Positions 13,375-30,174 of a stretch of DNA of 64,000 nt are shown here, in pieces (within the stretch, counting starts at the first letter, position 1; each line of letters begins with the position of its first letter). This DNA is from Moniliella sp. 'wahieum'. Lineage: Eukaryota. The notes beneath the pieces were generated by a model, which worked only from the letters and a program-made list of their open reading frames with translations, ran no database searches and was not told the origin of the DNA. The stretch lies in the NCBI GenBank assembly GCA_003971905.1, contig RSEE01000010.1, positions 682,001 to 746,000 of the forward strand. Reading direction: 5' to 3'. Both the position numbers and the translations under genes were made by a program.

Positions 13375-14801
13375 GGTTGTAAAAGTGGCGATGGCGATGA
13401 GAGAGGCAAAAGAAAGCGAGGAGAAAGGGGAAGTAAGGAGGAGGGGGGGGGGGGGTGGAGGGAGTGGGGTGGGGGTGTCGTCGAGCGGCAGCCCGGGCAG
13501 CATATTTATACCACTTCTTCCATTCCATATCGCTCACCGCTCACCTGTCTGGTTACACTCCACTAGGACGATAAGAAGAACTGGCACTGGGGCAGTGTCA
13601 TGGGCTGTATCTCTATCGCTGTGGTGGTCGATCATTGATCGATCAACGCAATTAGTAACCCCAGCCGGCCATCCACCTCGCTTTCACAGCGCTGCTGCCG
13701 CCAAGAACTATAACCGGTAACCCACCTCGCCTGCCCGTGAGCGCAGCATCGACTATGGTTGAGGCGCTGCGCCCCGCAACGAGGGACGCCGCCACCACCC
13801 AGGTCCTCAACGTCCCTACCACCTCCCCAACGTCCTCAGCATCCTGCCCCATCCGGTCCCCGGATATGCGCTCTGACACGGCCCTTGCTGGCTTGGCCCG
13901 CGGAAACGGTGAGAAATTAAACATACATGGCCGGCGCCGGCCTGCGGCGCCGGCCTCAAGTTAGTTTCATCTGCGTAATATATTGAACCTTGAATCTACC
14001 GGCGATGTAGGTGGTGGGCAACTTCAACTCATTGTCGTCTCTACACAACATATATACGACTGACAGCGCGGGACCGGCAGTTGCACTGCATTCAGCTTCT
14101 CATCCATATGTCAATCTCATCTCTTAGATCAGGTCGTTGGTCACAACCACGTATAGCGATATAGGAGGCTTCATCCAGGTTAACATTACACCTCTCACAT
14201 ATTCTATTGCCAGAAAAAGCTAGTCTGTCCAAAGAGCCTGACATCCCCTTACAGATGCTGATGCGAGATAACGAAGTGACGAGTTCAGAGAGATAGCCAG
14301 CGGGCGAGCTTGCATAATGCATTGTGATGACGCGTGTGCTGATGTGTTTTCCCACTAATTGGCACTGTGCGGCTCTCATCGACGAGGGGGAGACTGAAGA
14401 GAGACGCTGGCGGTGATCACCCGATCTACTGACGAGAAACGGTGGAATACTGCTACAGTGCGCTGCTGTGACGTTCATGAACACATATATCCACGAAGCT
14501 GAAAGTATAGGAGTGGTATAAGCCTCGCCCAGTGGAAATGAAAAGGCATTTCATTGGGCTTTCATGCAATCTGTAGGAGAAGCCACTGACTACGTGAAAG
14601 AGGACGAAGCCATACTGGATGGATTTGTTTGGACGAAACAATAATGAGAAAGGGCGCTGGGAGGAAACCTGATAGGTATACCGGCCATAGAAAGTCAAAC
14701 ATGATGAAGTGGTCGTCGCAACGATGTATGGATGGCATCGATGACAGTGGACTCAGGGGTAGGAGATTGTGGCTCGACACATTCAAAGAAGCGAACAAAA
14801 A

Positions 14802-16425
<1,624 letters not shown>

Positions 16426-17317
16426 TGCAGAGAGAGAGAGGAAGGCGAGGGGCGATGGAGTGGTAGTGGATGTGTGCTGGATGAGGGGTGGAGGTGGGGT
16501 GCTTCCTGAAGGAGCTGGTGGTGGCATGCAGGAAAAGGAAGAAGATGGTATATATATAGCCCCAGAAAGTGCCAGGTAAAGAAAGAGATGGGGAGGGGGG
16601 ATACACTACAATACGTTTTGCCTATAGCGCGATGGTGGCTCTCGGGTGCCAAAGCATGCATCTGCCGCAGCCAGCAGCCCAGTATGATACTGATGCATGG
16701 CGCGACATACTGTATCCCCACACATGCCGCGTGAGACCCTTTCTGGCAGCAGCGTGCTATTCCGTATATGCGCCCCACAACAGTGACTATTTCTAAAGGA
16801 CTTCTAGCTGGTCGCTTGTGTTTGCGGGGCAAAAATGTTACCGCCGAAGCCCAGAGCCGCAGGGGTATAGACAGGATGATGATGTTATTGCGCCAACAAA
16901 GAGCGCGAGAGCCGCGATGGGGAGACGGGGGGGGTTAGGAGGGGTTAGGGCGGAAGAGGGGACCCCAAGGTGGCTAGTAGTTATAATAATCCTGCTGCGA
17001 TGACGCGGGAGAGTTTCGCTGTGGCTGCGGCGAGGTCGACAGCGACTATCTCTTCACACAGCACGACGACTGTGGTATAATCGGTAGTGTAGTCGCGCCA
17101 ACAGCGAGAGGAGGCGGGAGAGGCCGCCAACATGTTACCCCCGCCCCACTGCGCAGCAGACGGTCCTCGTGCCAACGGCTCCCGGTGCTACATACCAACT
17201 ACTACTGCGACCGGCTCCGGTTCAATGATCCCGACGGCTCCTGGCGCTCTTCTCTTTTGCCCATTCCTTTCACCTTATATTTTCAGGCACAGCCCATTTA
17301 CCCCAGATCAAGCAGGC

Positions 17318-17350
17318 ACTAGTCACGCGTCACGCGTCACGCGCCATCAT
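17318..17350. repeat. TNA+4 lattice patch (TCACGCG)3 upstream of ALDH
   Basis: ACTAG-TCA-CGCG-TCA-CGCG-TCA-CGCG with TCA at 17323, 17330 and 17337. Confidence 0.8.
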
Positions 17351-18097
17351 CGAGGCGGATGGGCTGACGGAGCCCACCAACAGGAGCGAGGGAACAGAGA
17401 AGCGTCAGCGCATGTGTCGGCTTATTAGTCCACTGTACTGAGCCCCACACGATCTACTCTTGACCAGAACCCGTGGCGGCAATAAGCCAATTCAATCGGC
17501 TCCGCCACCGGCTTCTGTTTCTCCAGCACAGCCAAGGCCAGGGGCTTTTCCCTCCTATAACAGACAGACGCCTTCTCACCGGCGCCACCCCACATATGCA
17601 CATTTTTTTTCAGAGGTATCGCAAAACCCTTGCGCAAAATACTTCGAGTACACCACAGCTGCTTCAGCACGAGCAAAGGCCGGGGCAGGGATGAGAGAAA
17701 CGCGTCGCCTATCCTGATACTGCATAATATACTTAGTTCATCTTTTCTCAGTCCCACCACTACATAGTTGTTGCTTGTGCGCATCAACTAGCCAACGTTC
17801 CGATACGCGGAATCATGTTTTCTATTATACCGCAATGACCTGGCGCGGTCGAGGGAAGAGCGCTATATATTCAATTGACAGCACATGAACTGCATGAACG
17901 ACGCGCTCACACTCTCACGTCCAAAAGTGCGAACAGGTCATTGGCAGCTGAGGAGAAAAGTAACATGTATAACGACAATATATGGGCATATGAAAGACAG
18001 AAACAATACCCCCGTCTTGATGAAGAGAAGGGGGGGGAGGGCGGGAGCAAAACAAACCGGCGGCCATAGTCGGACGGTGGTGTGAACGGTTGGTGTA

Positions 18098-20240
18098 TTA
18101 GAAGAAAAAGTCGACAATCTTTTTCCAGAGAGGCAGTTGGCGGTATGCCTCGCGCTCCGCCTCCAGTTCCTCAAGCGTGGGTGCATCTCGGCGGCCAGTA
18201 TCAATGTCAATGTCTTCCTGCTTGACCCAGAAGGGACCACCAACGACGCGGACCATACCAGACAGGGAAGCGACCGATGTGTTTGACCTCCCAGTGGGAA
18301 CGGAAGACCGCGTCCCAGTCCATCTCGCCAAAAAGAGGAAACAATCACTACTAACTGCGAGGTAAGCTTGGAAGAACGTCACGGCACGTTCACTACCCGC
18401 CATGCCATCAGCACCAATGGGGGCAATGGCAATGATGGCTTGGAAGATAAGCACAAGCACGTTACTGTCCAGAAAAAAGGAGCCGAGTCAGTATCACCTC
18501 AACCCAGAAGGAAAGCATGCGCACATCAAGAGACCGTAGCGGCACCGATAATTCCGACGGGGAGCGCCAGGGAATGAGTTCAACCGGACGGCCGGCTGCC
18601 TTCCAGCGGCACGGAAGCGAATGTGGCAGATGCAAATAGTGCCTAAAGAAATCGGAAGCTGTCAGTATTTGCTGGCATCATCAGCAGCTCAAGAAAGAAA
18701 CGCACCCCAGGAGAAGATAACGGCCAAGCCACTGAGGGAAAAGCCAGTTGAAGACGTCTAATGGATTCGCGAGTATACAAGGAACCCGAGGAAACCACAC
18801 GCCAGGGACAAGGCCACCGCAGGCATAGGCCGCCCTTCCTTGTCAACGTAAGCAAACCAACGCGGGGCTTGACCGTTCTGTGCGAGCGCAACAAGTGTAC
18901 TGGAAAGGAGAGAGGTCAGGGTATCGGAAGGGAATACAGGGAAAAAGACCGGAAGTTCACATACCGGCTGGCCCCATATGTCGAAGTGTTGCCCACAGAA
19001 AGGGATGAATCAGAATGACTGCGTTCACGATAGACGGTAATGCGTGGATGCGGGCATGCTTAATGACGAGTACAAAGGGAGAGCTGTTGGGGTCATTGCT
19101 GCTACCGCTAACCAGCGCTTTCTCGTGGGGCTGATGTTGAGGGTGATAATAAAGAGGAGCCAACGTAAAGAGCATGATCCGCATGAAGATTTGACGGGAC
19201 GCCTTCGGCACCGACTTGCGCGGGTTGATTGTCTCGGCCGCGGTGATCCCAATCATCTCAGTGCCCGAAAAACTGAATGCGGCGCTGACCAAGACGGAGC
19301 AGAAACCCTTGAAGCCGTTAAGGAAGGCACCGTCATGGTCCCAGTACCGCAGCCCCACTGCATCATGTTGGGTGCACCGCCAGCCGAGATGACAATACCG
19401 GCCACAATGAAACCCAAGGTCATGCTAACAAAGAAAGTGAGTCAACTGATGGTTCATGATGGAAGAGCAAGACATACATAATCTTGAGGACCGATCCAAA
19501 CACCTCAAAGTCACCGTAGCCACGGACACCAAAAACGTTGATAACAGCAATGATAACCCAGCATATAATGACCCACACGCCGGGCGAGACGTGTTGGTGC
19601 GGGTCCCAGAAAGCAATGATAATTGTAGCCGCGACCATTTCCAGCGGAAGAGTAACGAACCATTCCATCCAGTCTGAACAGGGCCAACTTGTGTAAACAT
19701 GCGAGAACAGGCGATACTAAAAGAGAGAAGGAATACATACAGTTCCAGCCCATGGCAAAGCCCCACGCGGGCGAGATAAAACGGGTCGAGTATGTCGAGA
19801 AGGAGCCAGAACGGGAAAAATAACAGCAAGTTCACCTAAGCACATGACGACGCAGTATAGCATCGATCCAATCAAGCAGTAGTCGAGAATGAGAAAGCCG
19901 GGTCCACCACTGGCATATACTGAGCCAGAACCAATGTAGAGACCAGCCGATGCTACCGCCGAAAGCGATCATCTGGATGTGGAATTGGTTCAGCTTGCGC
20001 TTGAGACCAGTCATCTCCGTGAATGTCCTCGTGGAAGGAGGAGGTGCCAGCGGCCTTCACTATCCCATCAGCCTTTCCCGAGGTGCCAACGCTTTCATCG
20101 AGCGACGTCTTTTCAACAACACGGTCATCTGAAGTGGTGGCCTTGCTAATATCAGGATAGTTACCCGGCTGAGCGCGCGCCGCTGCCGACTCGGGCGTGT
20201 CGATCAGAGGCGCTTGTGCAGCTTGAAGCTGTCCAGCCAT
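18098..20240 (-). CDS. Amino-acid permease (APC superfamily, YAT/Gap1-like); several introns; frameshifted
   Basis: LKRKLNQFHIQMIAFGGSIG, NGFKGFCSVLVSAAFSFSGTEMIGITAAETINPRKSVPKASRQIFMRI, SPFVLVIKHA..LPSIVNAVIL, and C-terminal DIDTGRR...WKKIVDFFF. Confidence 0.92.
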
Positions 20241-20587
20241 TCTTTGACGATGCCCATGATCGATGGGCCAAATGGTGGCGAGGGATGGTGGGAAGAGAAG
20301 GCCGAGAGAAGACTGGGAGTGAGAGGGTCGCGCGATTATACAACGACCGCAACGGGCGATAATCGATAAAGTGAGGTTAGAGACCTTATAGGTAACGAGG
20401 AACTTGGCTTTCCTCAGGCCCAGAAAACACAAACTAGCCGTACGGCGGGAGTGTGAATGCCATCGACCGTTCATGTGTTGGGCGAGAAGATCAAACAGGC
20501 GGCAGCACCAGACATTACTAGTCACTCTGATAAAGGGAGGAATAAAGAATCGTCGCGGTCCGTCTGTGTTCTGGTGACGGATGCCGA

Positions 20588-21990
20588 AGCTCACGCGTCA
20601 CACATCACGCGCTAGTGACTAGTGCTAGTGATGCCTCAGCCTGAGGCTAGCGAGTCCGGGGCCCAGGAGGTCAAATTTAAAGGCCTCAAAGTCAAGCTTC
20701 GAGCTTCGAGGACTAGTGATGCATTCTGGCGTTCACCACGTTCACCCAAGGTCTATTATAGCCTGAAGGACCGCCAGGAGGAGGGGGTGAGAATTATAAT
20801 AGGCAGAAAACGTTTTGGATGTTGACGTTGAAGCTTTGAAGCTTGGAAGCTTGACGTCGATGAACATTATCGATGTTTATCGTTTGACGTTTAAGACGTT
20901 TAAGCTTTAGCTCGATGATTCATCTTGGCCTTCTCCGCTCGGCCAGCCGCTCAGCTTGAGGCCAATGGGCAGCATATCGTCACTAGTCACTCGCGGCCTA
21001 AGATCTAAGAGATCTCCATGTCACATGTCACATGTCACAGGCCGCAGTCACTACTCACCGGCGGTCACATGTCACACATCACGTGCTTCTGAATACTCGG
21101 TACTCGGGCTGTACCAGGCCATATGCTGTACCGTTTCTAAGTTCCGCCCGTCGCCACCTTCCCACACTCAGTTGCATATATTCATCCACACACCCCATCC
21201 CAGACTAGAGGTACCAGCGCGGCGCAATCCAATCTCAAAAACAGCCGACACCAGTCACTAGCACTAGTACTAGTCACTAGTCACCGGTCACAGGTCATCG
21301 GTATATATGAATCATGCACTTTGCAATCAGGATCATTGAACGGCACGGACGCAAAACTGGATGAAAGGCAATGGTGTGGGGTTTTTGGTAAAGGGTGCAT
21401 GTAGCTGGAGTCGGAGGGTGGACAGAAGGAGCGCAGACCGTGGATGGACCGTGGGTGCAATCTTCTTGCACAGATATACGGTCGTCGAGAGTGTTGAGCG
21501 ACACGAGCAGTAAGATGTTGACGCGTTGACGACGCGATTGATCGTTTTCAATTTCCAACTCTCGATAGATCAGGCACGAAAGTCTCTTTTGCGTGCGCGT
21601 CACCTGTCCCTCCTCCCACTGTGTTACCATTTACCCCGTCTTTGGCCTGACTCTGGCCTCTCGTTTTAACGTTTCGGCCGGAGTGCCAGGCCCTCGGCCA
21701 ATTACTGTGGAGATGGAGATATGCCCGGCCGTTTGATGCACGAGCACAAACCGGTGGCAGTGGCCAATGCGGAGTTGAAATCGAAACACGTTGGTTACGT
21801 ACGCCCGCCGCTCTGCTGGCGCCTGCTGGCGCTGAGGCGCTGGGCTGGGGGAGTACTGGGTGAGCCGATCCGATGAAGAGTGATTAATGATCAAGTGATT
21901 GCTGATGCATGTGGTGCATGAGCGCATGATGCATGGCGCATGATGCATGAGCGCATGGGCCTCCGAGGCTGAGGCTCAGCGGGCGCTTAC
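20588..21990. repeat. TNA+4 lattice island in the divergent permease/DHODH intergenic region
   Basis: TCA-CATG-TCA-CATG-TCA (21021-21037), TCA-CTAG-TCA-CCGG-TCA-CAGG-TCA (21274-21297), TGA-TTAA-TGA (21881), repeated TGATGCA/TGAGCGCA (21900-21957) and AAGCTT units (20829-20854). Confidence 0.85.
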
Positions 21991-22088
21991 TAATACACTG
22001 AAGCCAGGAGTTCTGGCCTGTTCTGGCTCGCTGGCGGGCCACCTTCTGTTCTCTTGACAACTCTTGGCCTCTCCCGACGACCTGGGCC

Positions 22089-23852
22089 ATGCTGCGTATC
22101 AAGTGCGACACCCGCGTGGTACTCCCCACGGTCCGGGCCGCTACGGCCTCTCCTTTGCTCCGGACGGCTGTACCGGCTCGCACCCTCTTCACCCGCCGCC
22201 ACGTGTCGGCTCCTCGCAATGGGGCGTGCGGGCCGCCTTGGCTGTCGGCTCGGTGGTGGGGTTGGCGTACTACTTTGATTCCCGTTCGGCGGTGCACCAG
22301 TATGTGTTGACCCCGCTGGTACGCAATCTGTTCGATGCCGAGACGGCACACCGACTCGCGGTGCTTACATTTGCATCGGGCCTTGGATCGCGCGACTTGG
22401 TCGCCGACGATCCTGTGCTGGCCACCAGCCTGTTTGGCAAGCCGCTCTCCAACCCCATTGGCGTTGCGGCCGGGTTTGACAAGAATGCTGAGGCGATCGA
22501 CGGGTTGTTTAATGTCGGGTTTGGTCTGGTGGAAGGGGGAGCGTGACGCCGGTAGCACAGCCGGGCAACCCCAAACCGCGCTTCTTCCGCCTCCCGGCCG
22601 ATCAGGCGGTTATCAACCGGTATGGATTCAACTCGGATGGCATCCCCCCGGTCCTGGCCCGCCTCGAGGCGCGAGTGGGCTTGGCTCCGCCGTACGGCCT
22701 CCGCCTCCGACCCCAGCATTGTCGGGACGTTTGACTGGCCAGGCACGATTGACAAGGTGGTGCCGGATGCGTCTGGTGCTGCGGCCGCGCTTGTCGATGC
22801 GGCCGGAGCCCCCGCAGCCTGCGCCCTAATCACCTGCTGGCGATCAATTTGGGCAAGAACAAGGTGTCGGCTGAGGAGGACGTGAGCGACTACGTGCGTG
22901 GTGTCAAGACCCTTGGACCATTTGCCGACTTGGTGGTGATCAATGTGTCTTCGCCCAACACCCCGGGGCTGCGCAAGTTGCAGCGCAAGGGTGTGCTCAA
23001 CGACTACTCAAGCAAGTCGTTGCGGCTCGGGACGAGATGGTGGCTCAAGCTGGCTTTGCGCCCGCACCTATTGAAACGGCACCAGTGGGCACCGTGCTGG
23101 GGCCAAGGGCATCGTCCCACTCTTGGTTAAAATTGCACCTGACCTCAGTCGGGAGAGCTGGCGGACTTGGCGGATGCGGCTGTTGAGGCAGGCGTGGATG
23201 GGATCATTGTGAGCAATACGACGATCCAGCGCCCTGCGTCGTTGATCCCTTCAGAATGGATGAAGTAGGAGGCTTGTCAGGTGCTCCTCTCAAACCGCTC
23301 TCTCTCCAGGCCCTGCGCACCGTACGGGAACGTGTGGGCCCCACCATGACTCTGATCGGTTGCGGAGGGATTCGGACGGGTCAGGATGCGCTGGACTTTG
23401 CCCATGCGGGCGCATCGGCGGTGGAGCTCTACACATCGTTTGGGTACGAGGGCGTGGGCCTACCGCGGCGTGTGAAGGACGAATTGACGGCACTTTTGCA
23501 CGCAAAAACACCACTTGGGCCGCCGAGGTGGGGCGAAATGCTTCCGGCCGGTTCCGCTGCCACGACTGCAGAGGGCAAGGACCTGAACGCAGCAGCTATG
23601 CAGGATGTGTACCAGAAGAACCAGGCGCAGCTGCAGCAGGGCATCAAGAAGTTACGCGAGGCCGTGCTTGGCCCAGTGACAAGGAGGCGATGGCGGTGCG
23701 TGAGGCGACGAAGCAGCAAGGAGTGGACGCTCTTGAGCCGTTCCGGTCCAAGGCGCGTGCCCTTCCGTTTGGGCCGACCGATGGTTCCTACGTCGAGCTT
23801 TGGCCCAGGCAAACCAGGCGATCGCGTCCTAGAAAGCATAGCAGGAATTTGA
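22089..23852 (+). CDS. URA9: Mitochondrial dihydroorotate dehydrogenase (quinone), class 2; frameshifted
   Basis: Arg-rich presequence plus TM segment, then [82 protein letters not shown] and IGCGGI. Confidence 0.93.
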
Positions 23853-23999
23853 CTCCGGGATGCGTTTCAAAACAAATGCAAAACGTGCAATGCACAAATC
23901 AAGGCCAAATATACTTCAACTAATGCTACGTTGGAGAGGAATCCCGGAGGTGCCTCAAGCTCTTTCTTGGTAGCGGCGTGTGATGATGCAGTAGACACT

Positions 24000-25310
24000 G
24001 GACACCCGATCATCGATCATCAGTCGCTAGCATCACTGAATTCACCGGTCACTTGGACATCCGTTGTGGAGGGCCAACTTTCAAATGCAAAAGAGAGAAT
24101 TACAATTGGTCACGGGGACCCATGCGATGCATGATGGGCGACTTTGAAATTTGACCAGATTAGCCGCTGTTCTGTCCACACACTTGGGTTCAGCAAGTGT
24201 TCAGCCAAGTTGGATCACAAGCGCAGCGGGCAATGCCCAAGTAGGCCGACTCATTCGCAAACATTGCCGTGGTCTGCAATAATCGAATGTCGAGGTAGTG
24301 TTACTTCAAGCTTCAAGAAATTCAAGCTAGCTTCAAGCTTCAAGCTTGACTTGAAACGCGTCCCATTCCAATTTTCACATGTCACGCGTCACGCATCATG
24401 CAACGTTTAATTCAATTAACGTGTTTTAATAGACAGACAGTTCACTACGTCCGACCTGGTCCAACCCAACAATAAGCTCACGGTTCGGACTCGGCCACCG
24501 GGACCGAGGGACCGCCATCAATATTATTTCTTCACCCTCTCGACCATCAGCTTCCAGTCAGTCCGTCGGCGAAGCGTTGACTCAGTGGCGCGTGGGCGCG
24601 TGAGGTCCTGCGATTGCTTTGATGTGCTATCCACAGTTCCACACAGGTAACTTGGTGGCAGCAGGGGTGTGGCTTGGTTTTGATTGTGTGAGACCAGGTG
24701 GCCCCATCCGCCTGGCCCGACGTTGTCTGTGTACACGTGCGATTCGATGAACTGAACTCCCGCCAACATGCAGCACCCCACCCAAGTACCGCCCGGGGAG
24801 TAGGGTGGTGTGGTTGAAGTTGAAGGTTCAAGTTGAACGTTGTTGAAGCCGTGCTGGGAGACGGGAGCGCCACGATCTCAGGAGCGCGTCATGCACGTCA
24901 TGCATCCTCGTGCGTCCAATGATTTCCAAGCCCATTCCAGCACCCAGGCCCTTCCAAGCTCCAAGCCTCGTCTCGGCCGGGAACGGGGAAAGCGGGGAAT
25001 CCAGCGAGTGTGATGATGATGCTGATGCATGGTGCATGATGATGGCCGATGGGTGCGAGCGATGACGTGCATGACGCGTGCAGGTGACGCGTGACGCGTG
25101 ACGTCTGAATAAAGGCCGCAACATGGCGCTCAGCTGAGCCGCTGACATATGACACTGCAGCGCCAGTGCCCTGCTGTGCGGTGCCCGGACAGAGGAGGGC
25201 GACGAGAGGGGCCTGCGGAGGCGGGGTGATGGCAAGCAGCGAGTGCGGCGTCGTGCTTCGTCTGAGTTGGGGGTCTGCATGTCATTGATCAGATCGATCA
25301 TCGATATCCC
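24000..25310. repeat. TNA+4 lattice island upstream of SRPK
   Basis: TCA-AGCT-TCA-AGCT-TGA (about 24333-24349), TCA-CATG-TCA-CGCG-TCA (24375-24391), TGA-CGCG-TGA-CGCG-TGA (25085-25101), TGA-AATT-TGA (24145). Confidence 0.85.
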
Positions 25311-25506
25311 GGGAGAACCATACCGCGTACCGAGTGCCGTTCGCGGTGGCCGTCGCTGTGGCTGTGGCCCTCCACCAGCCACTGCATCCCGGTGCCACAT
25401 CTCTGTGGAGGTTGTGTTGTGTGTGCCTTGCCACCGCCGCTGCAGCGCCACCACCGTCACCACCCACCACCACACACCACCGCAACTGATCCGCTTGGCA
25501 CGCAGG

Positions 25507-28143
<2,637 letters not shown>

Positions 28144-28809
28144 AGGTGCACAGGCGCCCAGACGTGGGTCGCGCAAGTAGCGGAGAGCGGGTAGGTTAGC
28201 TACGGTGGGGGCCTCTAGGGTGGGGGATGGGGGATGCAGAATGCAGGATGATCGAGATGACCATGGTGATCGCCGGTGAGGAGCTTGATCGGTAGGTCCC
28301 CTGTCCGGGCGGATTGCGAATACGAGGGGGCTCAATGTCCGGCATTGGCCAGACACGCGTCCGCGGCGGACATGCGGACATGGCATGGGCAAAGCAAGCA
28401 GCTGCAGCCACTTCTCCAGCATGGCAGCTTGCATATATTCCACTGGGTTCGCCGACATCACGCATCCTTCACCCGTCGCGCATCGCGTCTGGGCACTGGG
28501 CAGATTTCAATGTTGAACGCATCTGTAGTACTGTGCCCGACTGCGCCTGGCTTTCCGTTCCGACTGCCGGAGCAAGCCGGCCGTAATGCCTATAGCGAGA
28601 GGCCAGGGAGAAGGGGGTGTTATACGATCCGGTGTATATTTTCCCCTGCTTTCCAGTGGTGATCCCGAACGTGCCAGTCCTTTATAAGCCTGGACGTACC
28701 GGCCACCTAGCAGAAACCCCAAGCACCTTCAGCCGGTTTCCTATACCCTTTCCACCTCTCAATCCTCACCATCGAAACTTATATTTAGTGCCCACACGAC
28801 CTTGCTACC

Positions 28810-29694
28810 ATGTCTAAGTTCATCAAGAAGCTGTTCCGCAAGTCGAAACAAAACCTGTCAGGCTCCGTCGCAGGTTCTCGGGAGTCCCCCTCTTCGCCCT
28901 CTCCTGCGACTAAACCGTCTACCCCCACCTCGGTTTCTTCTACCAAACCAGAGGCCCGTACTGCGGTGGCCCTCAAGGCTGGGAACCCCGCCAAGATTGC
29001 CATTATTGGTCACTCGGTATGTTTTCGGCCCTTCTCTGATTTGGGTTCGTGTGCAAAAGGTAGCAGACATGCTAACCCGGTTACCTCACTTCTACTTGTC
29101 TCAACATGCTCATTGTAGCTTTGGGGCCACATTGACACCCTAGTCAAGTCTGCCGCCGAGGGGATCAAGTCGACGGGAGCTACGGTGGAGATTTTCAGTT
29201 TTGGCGAAACGCTGCCGGCCGAGGTGCTGGCCAAAATGCATGCTGCTGAAAAACAACCTTACCCCGCCATCACGCCCCAGGCGCTCAAGGAATTTGATGG
29301 CTTCCTCCTGGCTGCTGGCACCCGCTTTGGACGCTTGCCGGCCCAAGTGGACAACTTTTTTGATGCTACGGGGGGCTTATGGGCATGGAGCTCTGGTGGG
29401 CAAGTTTGCCGGTCTCATCACCTCCACCAGTGGCAACACGGTGGCCAAGAAACCACGTTTGTCACGACGCTGCCGTGGTTGGTGCACCATGGAATCAACT
29501 ATGTCCCGATCGGATTCCGATTCGAGGAGATGTCCAACATGGATGTCGTGCAGGGTGGCACCCCTTGGGGTGCCTCGACGTTGTCCAAGCAGACGGGTCG
29601 GCGCCAGGTCACCTCAAATGAAAAGATGATAGCCCAAAAGCAAGGTGTTTACTTTGCTACCATTGTTGGCACCTTAAGAAGGGCACCTGCTTAA
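28810..29694 (+). CDS. Flavodoxin-like NAD(P)H:quinone oxidoreductase (WrbA/Pst2/Ycp4 family); intron about 29017-29118
   Basis: The spliced product reads IAIIGHSLWGHI, then FDGFLLAAGTRFG, FFDATGGLW, QHGGQETT, HHG and GGTPWGAST. Confidence 0.9.
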
Positions 29695-30174
29695 TTACCA
29701 CACCCTTTGGCCCCAATAAACAATCACAACCCCACGGTCTTGCCTGCACCCAGGATGTTGTATTAGCAATGGAACCCTCTCGGGCGGACATGGAAGGGTG
29801 TAAAAGAGGGCTGCGTACACCGGCTTTTGGGCCTGGATGTCAATTGACTGTATTCAGATACCGATATCACTCCGCGCAAAACATGTCGCGCTTTTGCTTC
29901 CCATTCTCCGTTTGTTCTCCGGTTTCCGCTCCTGTTTCGTGTGTCCCGAAAGTTGCGCCCGTCTGAGTGGCCTGTTCTGCTCTTGCGTGTTAGCGTCATA
30001 TTGGACCGCTGCGATATTCCATGTAGTTTCTCCCTCATGCTGAGCCAATAAGTAGTAGCCTATCTTAGGTCCGACCGGACGAAAAAAAAATATGCAAATT
30101 GAAAAGCACGAGGCGGGCAAAGCAATGAGACAGGGGATTGTCCCTGAGGGAGTTCGAGAGGTGAGTTGGCCCAA

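Noticed and set aside
16925..16952. Telomere-like GGGGTTAGGA/GGGGTTAGGG
   Set aside because: Only two imperfect, non-tandem units in a G-rich promoter stretch; insufficient for an interstitial telomere.
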